Positions 1 to 11,929 of a stretch of 64,000 nt of DNA are shown here, piece after piece; the first letter of the stretch is position 1, and every line of letters starts with the position of its first letter. This stretch comes from Podarcis muralis. Lineage: Eukaryota. The notes below the pieces were generated by a model, which saw only the letters and a list, made by a program, of their open reading frames with translations, was not told the DNA's origin and did not search any database. Made by a program: the position numbers and the translations under genes. The stretch is from the NCBI RefSeq assembly GCF_964188315.1, contig NC_135655.1, positions 104,222,001-104,286,000 of the forward strand. The letters are read 5' to 3'.

Positions 1-1820
1 GGGGGGGGATTAATAAGTTTTTGCAGATGGAAGAGGTCCGTGTACAGATCAAAACTTGTGAGTGCATCAAAATTCCCTGGAATGCATCATGCAGTTTTAA
101 TCCTCATCCTGTTAAAATCCACTGGAAAAAGCCCCGTGAGAGGAGGAGAGAGGGAGAGTAGTTGTGTTATACCCTGAGTGGTTAATTGCAAAGAAAAGGG
201 GAACAGGAAATAAAGTATTCTAGAAAGCCGAATAAATCTGAACTATACATCCATTATTTTCCAAACCTAACACAAATAGAATACCTAGACCTTAATCTTG
301 CCCTAATTTAAGATAAGGAAAGCTAGCAGAACATCATTTTGGCTGTAATTATTATCTTCTGAAAAGCAGTGGTGCATTCTCTAGGGCTTGTGCATCTAGG
401 GAAGATTAGAGTTCACTAAGAGGCCCCATTTATTTCCGCTTACCAATTTAAGTAGGGATAACATATTACAGTTTGGAGGGAGAAAAAAATAATAAGTTCT
501 GGTTAGCAGAGTCACATCTCCCCCCCCCCTTTTTTTTTTCCTCCTTCCCCCTGCACTAACTATACTGATTGCTACTGCATTACATGTTACAAATTGAGAG
601 AATACACTGATTTAATGGGTGCTAGAAAGGTAATTTTAAGCTACAGCTGGAAAGAGCTAGTTTTGAAAAATGCAGAGTCTGGTTTTGGAGCAGGAAAAAA
701 GTCGCTTCCACTTTGTGTGCGGGGCTCCCCCCCCCCCCCCAAAAAAAAAAAGGAGAAAGGGAATTTGAATTCCTATTTGCTGTATATGTATTCTGGCATA
801 AGCAATAAAAGTACACAGAACCCCTTGAAAATCTCTGCATTCCCATGCAGAATGATAGCATAAAAATGAAGAAGAGAAGAAAATTAACACATAAAGATGC
901 ACTCAGACTAAATTTATAACAGCAGGTGGAGATAGTAATGCGTGTGCTTCAAAATAAGGTAGGCATTGTATACCCTAGGGAGCCTTAACTGCTGCCTCCT
1001 CCTTTTCTGCTGGTGTCAAGGTTTCTGTTAGTGGTTTCAGCAGAAATCACAGCAAGTACATAGTCCTTCCTCTCCACTCCACCCCAGTTATTTAGGTATA
1101 TTGTAAATCACTTGCTCAGAAAAGGTAGTTGTGCAAAGCAGGGCTTAACCTGATATGTAACCCTGGGAGGCCAATTTTTGTATTTCTCAGAGGCCACTCC
1201 ATTCTCCAGATACTAACCCAGGGGCCAAAGCAATCCAACCCTTCACAGATTGCCAGGCTCTGCGATAAGCTTAGTGTTCCCTAGTAATAAGGGATTCAGA
1301 GGGATGGTGCACACCTTTTCAGGTCTTTGATTGGGATGGGGAGTGGAAATAAATAACAAATGTGCTTCTTGAAAGTTCCCCTCAAGAGATAGATTGGCAG
1401 TGGTGGTTTTTCTCCGCCACAAGTCAGTGAGGCAGCTATACAATAAGATGTATAATACGCAGAGAGACTCATTAGCTCTTTTCATTACAAGCAGAAATGA
1501 ATGAAACTATTGCCTTAACTTGATTAAAATTTGATGTGGCAACCAAATTGGCTTCTACTTGCTTAAAGGGACCTGATCTGGTCCAGGACTGATGGATTAG
1601 TCTATTTGATTAGCCTTCCCAAGCGATGTCAATTTAGAACATGTTCATTCATAAAGTTCATTATGTCCTGTCTCTGCATTAATGTAGGTTTTTTTTAAAA
1701 AAAAATGTATAGGAAGTGATACTAAAATAAACATATCCATTTCCAAACTCATTTTATCCTACTCCACCATGCAAACCCAGTCAATTTTCTAGTCAAAGAT
1801 TGTCAACTGACCAACTACTA

Positions 1821-2048
1821 AAGTGGTACCTCGGGTTACAGTCGCTTCAGGTTACAGACGCTTCAGATTACAAACTCTGCTAACCCAGAAATAGTACCTT
1901 GGGTTTAAAACTTTGCTTCATGATAGGAACAGAAATTGTGCGGCAGCGGGAGGACCCATTAGCTGAAGTGGTACCTCAGGTTAAGAACAGTTTCAGGTTA
2001 AGAACGGACCTTCAGAACAAATTAAGTACTTAACCCGAAGTACCACTG
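1821..2048. mobile_element. Tc1/mariner-superfamily (pogo/Tigger-like TIR) MITE
   Basis: TIRs (a)AGTGGTACCTCGGG...CCGAAGTACCACTG flanked by TA; same internal sequence as other copies in the window; no ORF. Confidence 0.88.
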
Positions 2049-2117
2049 TAGTTAGCCACATATCCCAAATACTCCAAGAACGCTGCTATAGCAGTTTGCT
2101 TTTTAAATTTCTTTATA

Positions 2118-2261
2118 CAGTGGTATCTCGGGTTAAGAACTTAATTTGTTCTGGAGGTCTCTTCTTAACCTGAAACTGTTCTTAACCTGAGGTACCACTT
2201 TAGCTAATAGGGCCTCGTGCTGTTGCTGCGCCGCCGCCACACGATTTCTGAGGTATCACTG
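2118..2261. mobile_element. Tc1/mariner-type MITE, internally deleted
   Basis: TA-CAGTGGTATCTCGGG...GAGGTATCACTG-TA; lacks about 80 nt relative to 7446-7664. Confidence 0.85.
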
Positions 2262-2507
2262 TACTGTCATTTCTTAGCAGCACAGTGGCAATCCTCAATA
2301 ATTTTTGTTATACAGTTCTACCTCCATAGCTGCCAACTCCGCCAATTGTGGGGGCTGGGCACCCACAAAGTCAATGAGAAAAGCCGGCAGGCGACAGCAA
2401 CACTGCCTCCGAGAGAAAAGCAGTTCAGCAAGGCACTCTTTTCAGGGGAAGGCTCAGGCACAGAGGCAGAGTATCTCTGCCTCCGGATCTGAGCCCCTCC
2501 CTGTGTA

Positions 2508-2682
2508 AAAGGGTGCCTCAGTGGCTGTGGAGAGGAGGAGGAGGAAGAGGAGCCGCTGCCAGCCGCCATAACGTGGACGTGTGACATCACACACACTACA
2601 TGCAGGTGTGTGCGTGTGACGTCACACATCCACGTTGTGGTGGTGGGCCCCCACAATCCCGAGGGCAAGATGGCACCCCTTT
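2508..2682. mobile_element. Palindromic MITE-like element with internal TGACGTCA hairpin
   Basis: Terminal inverted AAAGGGTGCC/GGCACCCCTTT; internal inverted repeat 2569-2637; similar core at about 43160-43210. Confidence 0.55.
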
Positions 2683-2760
2683 CTACCTCCTACAAGTAGG
2701 AGAAAAAGGCGGTTGAGGGCAAGGACGATGTCATTGACTATCAACTGATTAGTTACTGTA

Positions 2761-2999
2761 CAGCGGTACCTCGGGTTACAAACGCTTCGGGTTACAAACG
2801 CTTCAGGTTACAGACTCCGCTAACCCGGAAGTAGTACCTCGGGTTAAGAACGTTACCTCAGGATGAGAACAGAAATCATGTGGTGGCGCAGCGGCAGCAG
2901 GAGGCCCCATTAGCTAAAGTGGTACCTCAGGTTAAGAACAGTTTCAGGTTAAGAACGGACCTCTGGATCGAATTAAGTTCGTAACCAGAGGTACTACTG
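2761..2999. mobile_element. Tc1/mariner-type MITE
   Basis: TA-CAGCGGTACCTCGGG...AGAGGTACTACTG-TA; tandem 14-nt subterminal repeats. Confidence 0.9.
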
Positions 3000-4176
3000 T
3001 AGAGAAGTACAGAACCCATTCTGATCAAATCAGTGTGAAAACTGATTAGGCTTCATTAAAAAATAAATAAAGACCAATTAGAATTAAGACTACATACAAT
3101 TCTACCAGGCATTTAGTGTTAAATAATCTTAAAACATTACTCTTATTTCATGGTGATTCTGCAACTGTTACTGTGTGGAAACTTGAGGGGGGAAAACCAA
3201 TGATGACAATGCAGAGGGTTAAGGTATGCAGCTCCAGCACAAGCCTTCTTGGAATTCCTTTGTAAATAAGAATATATATGAAAGGGAACAGCTAGGAGCA
3301 GCTCAACATATCCCTTGACCATGGTTCATAGCCCTCAACATGCTGTCTTGGTTTTATAAATTAGAAATCTTGTCATCTTATCATCGAGATCACGAAAATT
3401 GTGGCAAACTTTATCTGTGTAGTGAACCGTAATAACCCAAACTTTAACTTCAAGAAAATTACACTTGGAAACACTTCACAGAGTTGTAGCCTGTGGAAGA
3501 TGTAAGATTCTTTCTTCCCTTCATTCTCCCAAAGAGTTATTAACCCTCTCTACAGAACCTTGGGAATATCAAAAGTATTTTAGGTCTCCCCAATACACCC
3601 TTCTGTCCTGGTCATTATTAGCAGAATCTTTGCAGCAGAATCTTTGCAAACACACAAAAAAAATATGACACACTGGATGGTGGCAGCTTTAATTTTTGAA
3701 ATGAAAGAAGCTGTGTTATAAAACTACTGCTTAAAATTAATTATATGGGCTGACATTTTTATTAAGGGTATAACTTTATGTAATGTGATATTAATTCCAC
3801 AGTCTACTATACAGGAAACCCAAAGAAGATGAGCACACAAAGAACCTGAACTGGAATGTGGACTTTAAAGTAGAATTGCATGTTACACTAAAGTTCTATG
3901 AGCCACTGGTGAGGACCAGTAAGGCAGAATGGGGTCCTCTTCAGCCATTTGCCCACTCAAGATCACTCCCCACCCCAACCCCTTATGCTTCCCATACCCA
4001 CCATCCCCTGGAGATAAAAGGATATGTGGGCCTGTATCCTTTTGTCTCTGGATGGAGATGGTTTTGACTGGACAAATGTGAATGAAAGGATGAAACAGTC
4101 CCTTCCGCACCATTTCTGTACTCCATCTGAGATTACTTACAGTTGTTATATTACGTCAACTATCTCCAACCTGGTA

Positions 4177-4512
4177 AAGTAAAGGTAATGAGGGACCCCC
4201 GACCATTAGGTCCAGTCGTGACCGACTCTGGGGTTGCGGCACTCATTTCGCTTTATTGGCCGAGGGAGCCAGCGTACAGCTTCCGGGTCATGTGGCCAGC
4301 ATGACTAAGACGCTTCTGGCGAACCAGAGCAGCACCGTTTACCTTCCCGCTGGAGCGGTACCTATTTATCTACTTGCACTTTGATGTGCTTTTGAACTGC
4401 TAGGTTGGCAGGAGCAGGGACCGAGCAATGGGAGTTCACCCCGTCGCGGGGATTCGAACCGCCGACCTTCTGATTGGCAAGTCCTAGGCTCAGTGATTTA
4501 GACCACAGCGCC
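4177..4512 (-). mobile_element. Sauria SINE (Squam1), slightly 5'-truncated
   Basis: tRNA-like head with B box GGTTCGAATCCC on the minus strand, Sauria body, ACCTTT-type tail; AACCTGGTA duplicated on both sides. Confidence 0.95.
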
Positions 4513-6489
4513 AACCTGGTACCCCTCCACAAACACATATACTTGGTACAACAACAACCACCAGTTCCAGAGAGCATAGTGGGCTGATGGGAGTTGTAGT
4601 CTGAGACATCAGGTTGGGGAAGGCTGCGTAACAGGATAAAAGAAACAGGATAAAAGAAAAGATCCCAGGGAAAAATAATATTGGGTCCACAGGTACCATG
4701 AAAAGTGCTGAGAAGGGGGCTGGGAGGTTTGTAGTTATAGGGCTTGGGGGTTGTTGTTTCTTAAACTTCTTACTTTATATGAAGACACACTGAAGGTCCT
4801 GAAGCTGTTTACAGGTGGTCCAGAAATGTATGTCTACTACAACAAATCATTATGCTCCAGACATGTGAACTAGGAACTCCAGAGATTTATAGGCAGATGC
4901 AAGCATGTCTGTTTGCAGCGGGCTTCAAGGAGACACAACAGCATCTGGGAAAGAAAAGAAGGTGTGGAGAGGAAAATAAAAATAGCATTGCTGTTGCTTT
5001 GAATGGGGAAAAGGCCTCAGTGGAAGTGAGAGAGTTGATAACCACATGGGTTTAGTTTTTAAGGCAGGAGGGGAATGATGGTGAAAGAGGAAGTCCTCAG
5101 TTCATATACTTTTTTTTTTACTATGGAACGATGGAACAGATTCTTTGATTCAGTTCTCTCAACTGCTCTAGTTTTCTGGTCCCTCTGAATATTTCATCAT
5201 ATTTGACGGCATTGGCTTTAAAGGCCAAGCTACACATTACACAGAAGATCCATGATTAGATCTCAAAACATTCTGTTCAGCCTTGAAAGCCACGGGGGGG
5301 GGGGGGAGATTGGGCAGTATTCAGATTGGGGGGGCCTAAACCTCTCCCTGATTAACATTGCCCCTCCTGAAGGTGATGGAGAGAAAAAGAAAAGTTACCC
5401 ATAACCCTAAACCCACCAGTCAAGCTGAATGGCATTAAAAACCTGGGTCCTGGTACCAGAAACAAATGGCCCAGTGAAGGACAAGAAAATATTAAAATTG
5501 AGGGATATCTATATACTGAAAAACAGTTGAAGTTTCATTTACAACAGAAGGATAACAGACAGTGTGGTTTATGCTAATGAACGAAAACATCAGCTATGAT
5601 TGATTGTGTAGGGTTGGAATGAATGCACTTCAAATATATGTTAAAGATTGGGAAGCCAGATTCCCTTGTGATAGTGATTGTAATCTAGCGTCAGCCTTGT
5701 TATGGCATTAACCCCACCCCCTATTTCGCACTTGTCTTTCCATCCCTCTCCCATCCCTTCCCCCAAGCTTCTTTTGCCTTGGTTAGAAGGTTTGGAACAA
5801 TATTTAAGATTAACAATATAATATTTGGTGCTTTGATATAGTATGTATTCACACTGCTTGAAGGGGATTGGATTGACTTGATTTTAGTAGAAGGTTGCTA
5901 GACATGTGTGGCTTTACCTTTCACAGTTCTAGAGTGACAACGGAAGACACACCTACCCAATTTTGTCCTGTGTGTGTCAGCTCAGGAGCACTTGCCAACA
6001 TTTAGGCACTGACAATGCTATAATTGATGGGATCTCCATTTTGCATGGTACTAGCCAGCTGAACGGATGGCAGAGAATTCAATGGCAGATTCCCACTGCC
6101 ACCTACTCTGGGTGAATTGCCAGTGTATAATATAGCCTTATGTAGGTGGCTCCTCTTTAGCCTATTAAAATGACGGGTGTACTAAATAATCCTATTATAT
6201 GGGGGTATAACATTCCCCCGAGAGACAGCATTTTCATGCAGCCATTTTACAAACCACTTAAAAGTTTTTTTTTCCCCTCTTTTGAATTCCACAGTCTGAG
6301 CCCTCGAAATAAAAATGCAGCACAACCCAGAGCCACTGAAACCTTCATCTTTGGAGTGACAGGTTATAGCAGAGCATATAAAAATCACTAACACCTTTGT
6401 AGTCCCTTTATAAAATACACAATCCTAGACCCGTGTGTTAAATTAGTGCCGACTTTGATTTAAGAAGGCATCTTTCAAGATGTCATGTT

Positions 6490-6640
6490 TCCGGATGGTC
6501 TAGCAGTGGGGTGAGAAAGTGCCATGACCTGGGAGCCTCTAGTTATAATCCCAGCACAGCCATGAATGCAGTGAATGGCCTTAGCCAAGCCATTAGTCAA
6601 TCTCAGGTCTTCGTTAACAGTAGGACAATAAAATGATCTA
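6490..6640 (+). mobile_element. Degenerate tRNA-derived (MIR/Squam3-like) SINE
   Basis: Similar to 58527-58743 (cagccatga..g..cactgaatggcctt.g.c.agtca). Confidence 0.45.
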
Positions 6641-6647
6641 CCCGAGG

Positions 6648-7399
6648 CAGTGCCGGTGCCAGGCTACTTTGTGCCCTAGACAGTGGCGGGCCTACATTTT
6701 GGGGGACCTGAAGCTTCAACTGCTGGGGGGGGGGGGGCTTTGTAACCAGCAGCAAGGTCTGGGAAGCCACTGTTATCTTCGTCAATGGGGTTGTTCCATG
6801 ACCAGAGGCACCACCTTCTCCAGAGGATTGAGGGGGCCCACGCACAACGTCCTGACATAACGCAGGGGGCCCTCTGAACATTGAGGGGGTCTGGCCCATT
6901 AAAAAAAAGATTGGGAGCCCCAGTGCCTTGGACCTCAGAAGCTGGCGCCCTTGTCCACGACGGATCGCCACTCCTTTACAATGTCTGTGCTACTGACTCT
7001 CAGACTTTGAGGTTGTTGATATATATACAACAAAAAATTAATCAATGTGTGTTGTGCGATTCAAATTGGGTCTACTAGACCTAAAATGTTTAAGCAAGCA
7101 GACCAAAGGCCCTTCCGGAATTAGGGGCCCTGAAAGTTAAGCTCCATAAGTTTCATAGGAGATCCACCCATGACCCTAGGGCAAGGCTAACTGGTACTTG
7201 CACACCCCAAAAAAAATTGCTAATGTCTATTTAAAAAATGTGTAAAAATGATAAAATTCTTCAAAATATAAAGGTAAAACATTATCAGAAATTTCTAAGA
7301 TATATCAAAAACTAATCTGTATAAAACAGTGCACCTCAAAGATCTGTACTGTGCCCCTCTGAGGTCTGCACCCGAGGTTGCTGCCTAGCATCAGTCCTG
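6648..7399. mobile_element. Old hAT-like non-autonomous element split by a second one
   Basis: Host sequence GCCCTAG resumes as ACCCTAG after the inner insertion; degenerate CAG..CTG termini. Confidence 0.5.
6681..7172. mobile_element. hAT-like non-autonomous element (nested)
   Basis: Degenerate TIRs CAGTGGCGGGCC/GATCCACCCATG; 8-bp TSD GCCCTAGA/ACCCTAGG (6/8). Confidence 0.55.
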
Positions 7400-7445
7400 A
7401 GGGCCTTCCTCCCAGCCAGATGGGTGGGGTATATATAATAAATTA

Positions 7446-7664
7446 CAATGGTAGCTCAGGTTAAGAACTTAATTCATTCCGGAGGTCCATTCTTAACCTG
7501 AAACTGTTCTTAACCTGAGGTACCACTTTAGCTAATGGGGCCTCCCACTGCCGCCGTGCTGTGCGATTTCTGTTCTCATCCTGAAGCAAATTCTTAACCC
7601 GAGGTACTATTTCGGGGTTAGCGGAGTCTGTAACCTGAAGCGTCTGTAACCCGAGGTACCACTG
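7446..7664. mobile_element. Tc1/mariner-type MITE inserted in an L2 (ATT)n tail
   Basis: TA-CAATGGTAGCTCAGG...CCGAGGTACCACTG-TA; flanked by the L2 3' end CCCAGCCAGATGGGTGGGGTAT and ATTATT. Confidence 0.9.
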
Positions 7665-7950
7665 TATTATAAATTATTATTGTACTGGCCCCATGTCTCT
7701 GAAACACATTGCCAACAGTGCTGCAACAGACCCATTACTTTCTGCCCTAGAGACCTACTTTGTTGCTTTGTTTTGCCTGCTTTCTCCTGAGTTGTTGTTT
7801 TGCTACAACCAGCAGGAATTTGTAGTTATGTGATTTATTTTGGTGTTTTTCTTTGTGTGCGCGCCAGATGTTTGTTATTTGAATGCCCAGTTTTTATTAA
7901 CAGTTTTATGCTTGTAGTTGCATAATTGTGTCTAATTTGCAAGCCCCCTT

Positions 7951-7995
7951 GGGTGGTGGTGGTGGTGGTTGTTGTTGTTGTTGTTGTTGTTGTTA
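7951..7995. repeat. Compound microsatellite (GGT)n(GTT)n
   Basis: Directly visible. Confidence 0.95.
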
Positions 7996-8194
7996 TTAAA
8001 GGTCCAGAAGTATTAATAATTAAATAAAATGCCTTATCAGATTGTTGCAACAATAAAAAGAATTGCTACAGATATTAAAGCAAATTAACCCAAACAGATT
8101 GCCAAATACCAGTATTTAGCATTTTCCCAATCTAGAGTTTGATAGAATGCTATATACACATCTCAGAAAGCATGAGTTGTATACAACATTAGTT

Positions 8195-8272
8195 CTACTC
8201 AGAGCAGAACCATTGAAATGAATGGATAGGACTAACTTAGGTCCATTAAGTTTAATGGGTCTACTTTGAGCA
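8195..8272. repeat. Ancient palindromic MITE-like repeat
   Basis: CTACTCAGAGCAGAACCATTGAA...TTAATGGGTCTACTTTGAGCAG; related remnants at 21117-21206, about 10090-10140 and about 63590-63645. Confidence 0.5.
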
Positions 8273-8279
8273 GTGTTTT

Positions 8280-8560
8280 GAACAACTTAGGACCAGCGCA
8301 CCTGAAAGACTGCCTCCCTGTTTTTATCTGTAAGATCACTTGGATCATCCACTTGTGGCATCAAAACAAACAGTATGTGATAGGGTGGTAGCCAGAAAAT
8401 GACCATTTTCTGCTATTGCCCCTGTACTATGGAATGTCCTTTGGGTTGTCATACATGTTGGAATCCCCTAGCTCCTGTTTTAACTGTTTTATATGCTTTT
8501 ATGTTGCTGTTTTATTGGTTTTAGTCTGTACTGTATTTTATAATGATAATGGTTTTCACA
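8280..8560 (+). mobile_element. Highly degenerate L2 3' region
   Basis: ggaccag..cacctgaaagactgcctcc and gcccctgtactatggaatgtcctt resemble the L2 3' end at 59538-59956. Confidence 0.55.
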
Positions 8561-8639
8561 TACCACTTAGTGACTTTTGTAATATTAAGCCATTTCCAAA
8601 TGCTTTTAAATAAGCTGGGTACAACTCAGTATCACCACA

Positions 8640-9060
8640 CCTTTCTTGCGAAGTATCTCCTTTCTTGCTTAAAGTCATTTGAAAGACTGACTGAATTACA
8701 AATGATAAATTAGAACTAGACCCTATGGTTATTTTGCTAGGAAAATAAAGAGGAGTAGTATCAAAAAGTACAGGTGTATAGTGGCACATTAGTAAATACT
8801 GTGGGGCGGAAACCAACAAATACAAAAAAACAAAAATAATACAAACATAAATAATACAAAAATACAAATACAACAAATATAAAAAAATGGAAACAAGCAA
8901 TAAAATATGAAATATCATATTTCAAAAATATTATGGGAAGGGACTTCAGATAAGCAAAAAATACTCTTTGGAATCATGGTATAAGGAACTGACTGCAGTC
9001 TAGCAGTAGCTTACAAAAGGAATGGTTCAGGAGGCAAGACAGGAGAGGGAACAAATTCCC
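8640..9060 (+). mobile_element. Possible L1/Tx1 ORF2 C-terminal relic
   Basis: Broken frames give KLELDPMVILLG and SLESWYKEL, resembling L1-clade C-termini; recognition from memory only. Confidence 0.3.
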
Positions 9061-9214
9061 ACTTCATCCCCAAAAGGCTTTGCAGGGGCTTCAGAGCCTT
9101 AAATTCAGGGGATGAACACAGCTGTGTTTCATCCCGAGTCAATAACGTGGGGCATAATGGAATTTTTTTCCCACTACAGTATTTTTTTAAGTGAAATTGT
9201 TTCCATTTCTAAAA

Positions 9215-9375
9215 CTTGGATGGCTTTTGAAGAAAGCTGAGACAAATTCATGGAGGATAAAGACTATTAATTTCCTATCTCCACTGTCAGCCTCTGTTTA
9301 CCAGTTGCTGGGTATTACAAGTAGGGAGACTACTTATGAAAACAGGATGCTGGACTCTGGCCTGATCAAATAAAA
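9215..9375 (+). mobile_element. Old CR1-type 3' end or CR1-tailed SINE remnant
   Basis: ttggatggctttt..aag..gagacaaattcatggagga also at about 55740-55810. Confidence 0.55.
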
Positions 9376-9385
9376 CTTTATTATT

Positions 9386-9418
<33 letters not shown>

Positions 9419-9725
9419 TTCTCACCCTTCATCCAAGGATCACAGGGCAGTTTACAATGTTAAAAACACAAAATACATAACAATAACACACACACAGTTT
9501 AAAAGGCCATAGATAGTTTAATCAGCCAAAAGCCTGGGAGAAGAAGAGAGCTTTTGCCTGGTGCCTAAAAATATGTACTGAAGATACCAGGCAAGCCTTC
9601 CTAGGGCGAGCATTCCACAAATGGGGAACCACCACAGAAAACGCCCACTTTGCCATCCTCCAGACGTCACACAGAGGAAGCACACAAAGAAGAGCCTCAG
9701 AGGATGATCACAGGTTCTTAAAATG
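9376..9725 (-). mobile_element. L2 LINE 3' fragment with (GAT)n/(AAT)n tail
   Basis: Same subfamily as 24133-24810, including the internal (CA)n; (ATC)n at 9386-9417. Confidence 0.8.
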
Positions 9726-9785
9726 GTTTGGTAAAAAGAATGAGCAAGAATTAACCCATACACTATTAGTTTGGAGTTGCAAATA

Positions 9786-10021
9786 CAGTGGTACCTTGGT
9801 TTACGAACTTAATCCATTCCAGAAGTCCGTTCTTAAACCAAGGCGTGCCTTCCCATAGCAGCGGGGGACTCAGTTTACAAATGGAACACACTCAGCAGGA
9901 AGCGAAACATGTTCTGCTTCCAAGGCAGAGTTCACAAACCAAAACACCTACTTCCGGGTTTGCAGCGTTCGTAATCCAAGTTGTTCATAAACTAAGCTCT
10001 TCTTAAACCAAGGTATCATTG
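9786..10021. mobile_element. Tc1/mariner-type MITE, second subfamily
   Basis: TA-CAGTGGTACCTTGGTTT...AAACCAAGGTATCATTG-TA; different interior. Confidence 0.85.
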
Positions 10022-10216
10022 TATAATGGAAAAGTTCTCACTCACACATCTCGATATCTTCATGAGCGACAAATATTAAGACTGCCGTTCTGAAAACACT
10101 TACCTGGGAGTAAATACTATATCATGTCTTACTGGACATGTATATATAATTGCATTGTAAGCCACAGAAAGGGAGTCAAAGTATCATGCCTCAAACTATT
10201 TACAAGTATTGTAATA

Positions 10217-10436
10217 CAGTGGTACCTCAGGTTAAGTACTTAATTCGTTCCGGAGGTCCATACTGAAACTGTTCTTAACCTGAAGCACCACTTTAGCTAA
10301 TGGGGCCTCCTGCTGCTGCCGCACCACCGGAGCACGATTTCTGTTCTCATCCTGAAGCAAACTTCTTAACCTGAAGCACTATTTCTCGGTTAGCGGAGTC
10401 TGTAACCTGAAGTGTATGTATTCCGAGGTACCACTG
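10217..10436. mobile_element. Tc1/mariner-type MITE
   Basis: TA-CAGTGGTACCTCAGG...CCGAGGTACCACTG-TA. Confidence 0.9.
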
Positions 10437-10535
10437 TACAGTGATTTCCAAGTAATTCTTTGAATTTGTTTTGAATATAACTAAAATCACATCAACCCAT
10501 TTCAATCCAGACACTTTTGGAGCTGGGTAAGTTTT

Positions 10536-10897
10536 GGACGCGGGTGGCGCTGTGGGTAAAAGCCTCAGCGCCTAGGGCTTGCCGATCGAAAGGTCGGCGG
10601 TTCGAATCCCCGCGGCGGGATGCGCTCCCATTGCTCGGTCCCAGCGCCTGCCAACCTAGCAGTTCGAAAGCACCCCCGGGTACAAGTAGATAAATAGGGA
10701 CTGCTTACTAGCGGGAAGGTAAACGGCGTTTCCGTGTGCGGCTCTGGCTCGCCAGAGCAGCAATGTCACGCTGGCCATGTGACCCGGAAGTGTCTCCGGA
10801 CAGCGCTGGCCTCTTGAGTGAGATGGGCGCACAACCCTAGAGTCTGTCAAGACTGGCCCATATGGTCAGGGGTACCTTTACCTTTACCTTTACCTTT
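10536..10897 (+). mobile_element. Sauria SINE, subfamily B
   Basis: Full head with B box, (TTTACC)n tail, TSD TAAGTTTT (10528-10535 / 10898-10905); shares diagnostic positions with 28607. Confidence 0.97.
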
Positions 10898-11094
10898 TAA
10901 GTTTTAAATATGTATGTAAGACATGCCAGTTATTCAAACCAAAGGATGTGGGCCAGGAGTCTGTGTGCGTACTGCCTATCACATGTGCTCATCCCTAGTC
11001 CCTCTTGAGCAGAAAGGTAATGGGTTGCTGGGTAAATGCCTCCTTTCAAGAGAGGGTAGTCTTGGCTGCCTTAAAAGGCATAATCGTAGAATCA

Positions 11095-11195
11095 AAGAAT
11101 TGTAGAGTTGGAAGGAACCGTGATGATCATAGTCCAACTTCCTGAAGTGAAGGAATATGTTGCCCAACGTAGGGCTTGAACCTACAACCCTGAGA
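11095..11195 (-). mobile_element. Squam2-like SINE (tRNA head, CR1 tail)
   Basis: Reverse of 33678-33833 type: agaattgtagagttggaagg..cc and gggcttgaacct. Confidence 0.7.
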
Positions 11196-11204
11196 TGGGA
11201 TGAC

Positions 11205-11206
11205 CC

Positions 11207-11253
<47 letters not shown>

Positions 11254-11560
11254 TATTTATACCCCACCCATCTGGCTGAGTTTCCCCAGCCACTCTGGGT
11301 GGCTCCCAATCGAGTGTTAAAAACAATACAGCATTAAATATTAAAAACTTCTGTAAACAGGGCTGCCTTCAGATGTCTTTTAAAGAGAAGATAGCTGCTT
11401 ATTTCCTTGACATCTGATGGGAGGGCGTTCCACAGGGCAGGTGCCACTACTGAGAAGGCCCTCTGCCTGGTTCCCTGTAACCTCACTTCTCGCAATGAGG
11501 GAACTGTCAGAAGGCCCTCGGCGCTGGACCTCAGTGTCTGGGCTGAACGATGGGGGTGAA
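11205..11560 (-). mobile_element. L2 LINE 3' fragment with (ATT)n tail
   Basis: Colinear with 54447-54810; (AAT)n at about 11211-11250. Confidence 0.92.
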
Positions 11561-11929
11561 GAGACCTGCTTGGATATGGAAGATTTTAATAACTATCAGC
11601 CAGTTAGCAGCGTTCCCTTTCTGAGCAAGGCACCCAAGTGCTTCAGGATTTTCATTCCTACCTGGAAGGCTGATTTCAGAAGGTGGTATTGGGGGGACTA
11701 TTGCTCAACACTGTAACATTTATACTAAGTGCTTCTGTTAAGTTCCCTTTTGTCCCCAAGGCTTTTGAGCGTCTATAAACTACAAGACTGAGGTCATCCA
11801 GAGCTATGGAGTGAGGTGCCAACAATAGGCTGATGACAGACATCTCTGCTACTCCTTTTTGAACATCAAATTTAAGTGAGGAAGAGGAAGTGATACCTCA
11901 GAGTCTGGGAACAATAATGGACAAGATGA

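Noticed and set aside
10979-11326. ORFs with poly-Leu, poly-Ile or poly-Thr runs (also 7835-8053, 54236-54562)
   Set aside because: Translations of (AAT)n or (GTT)n microsatellites and L2 tails
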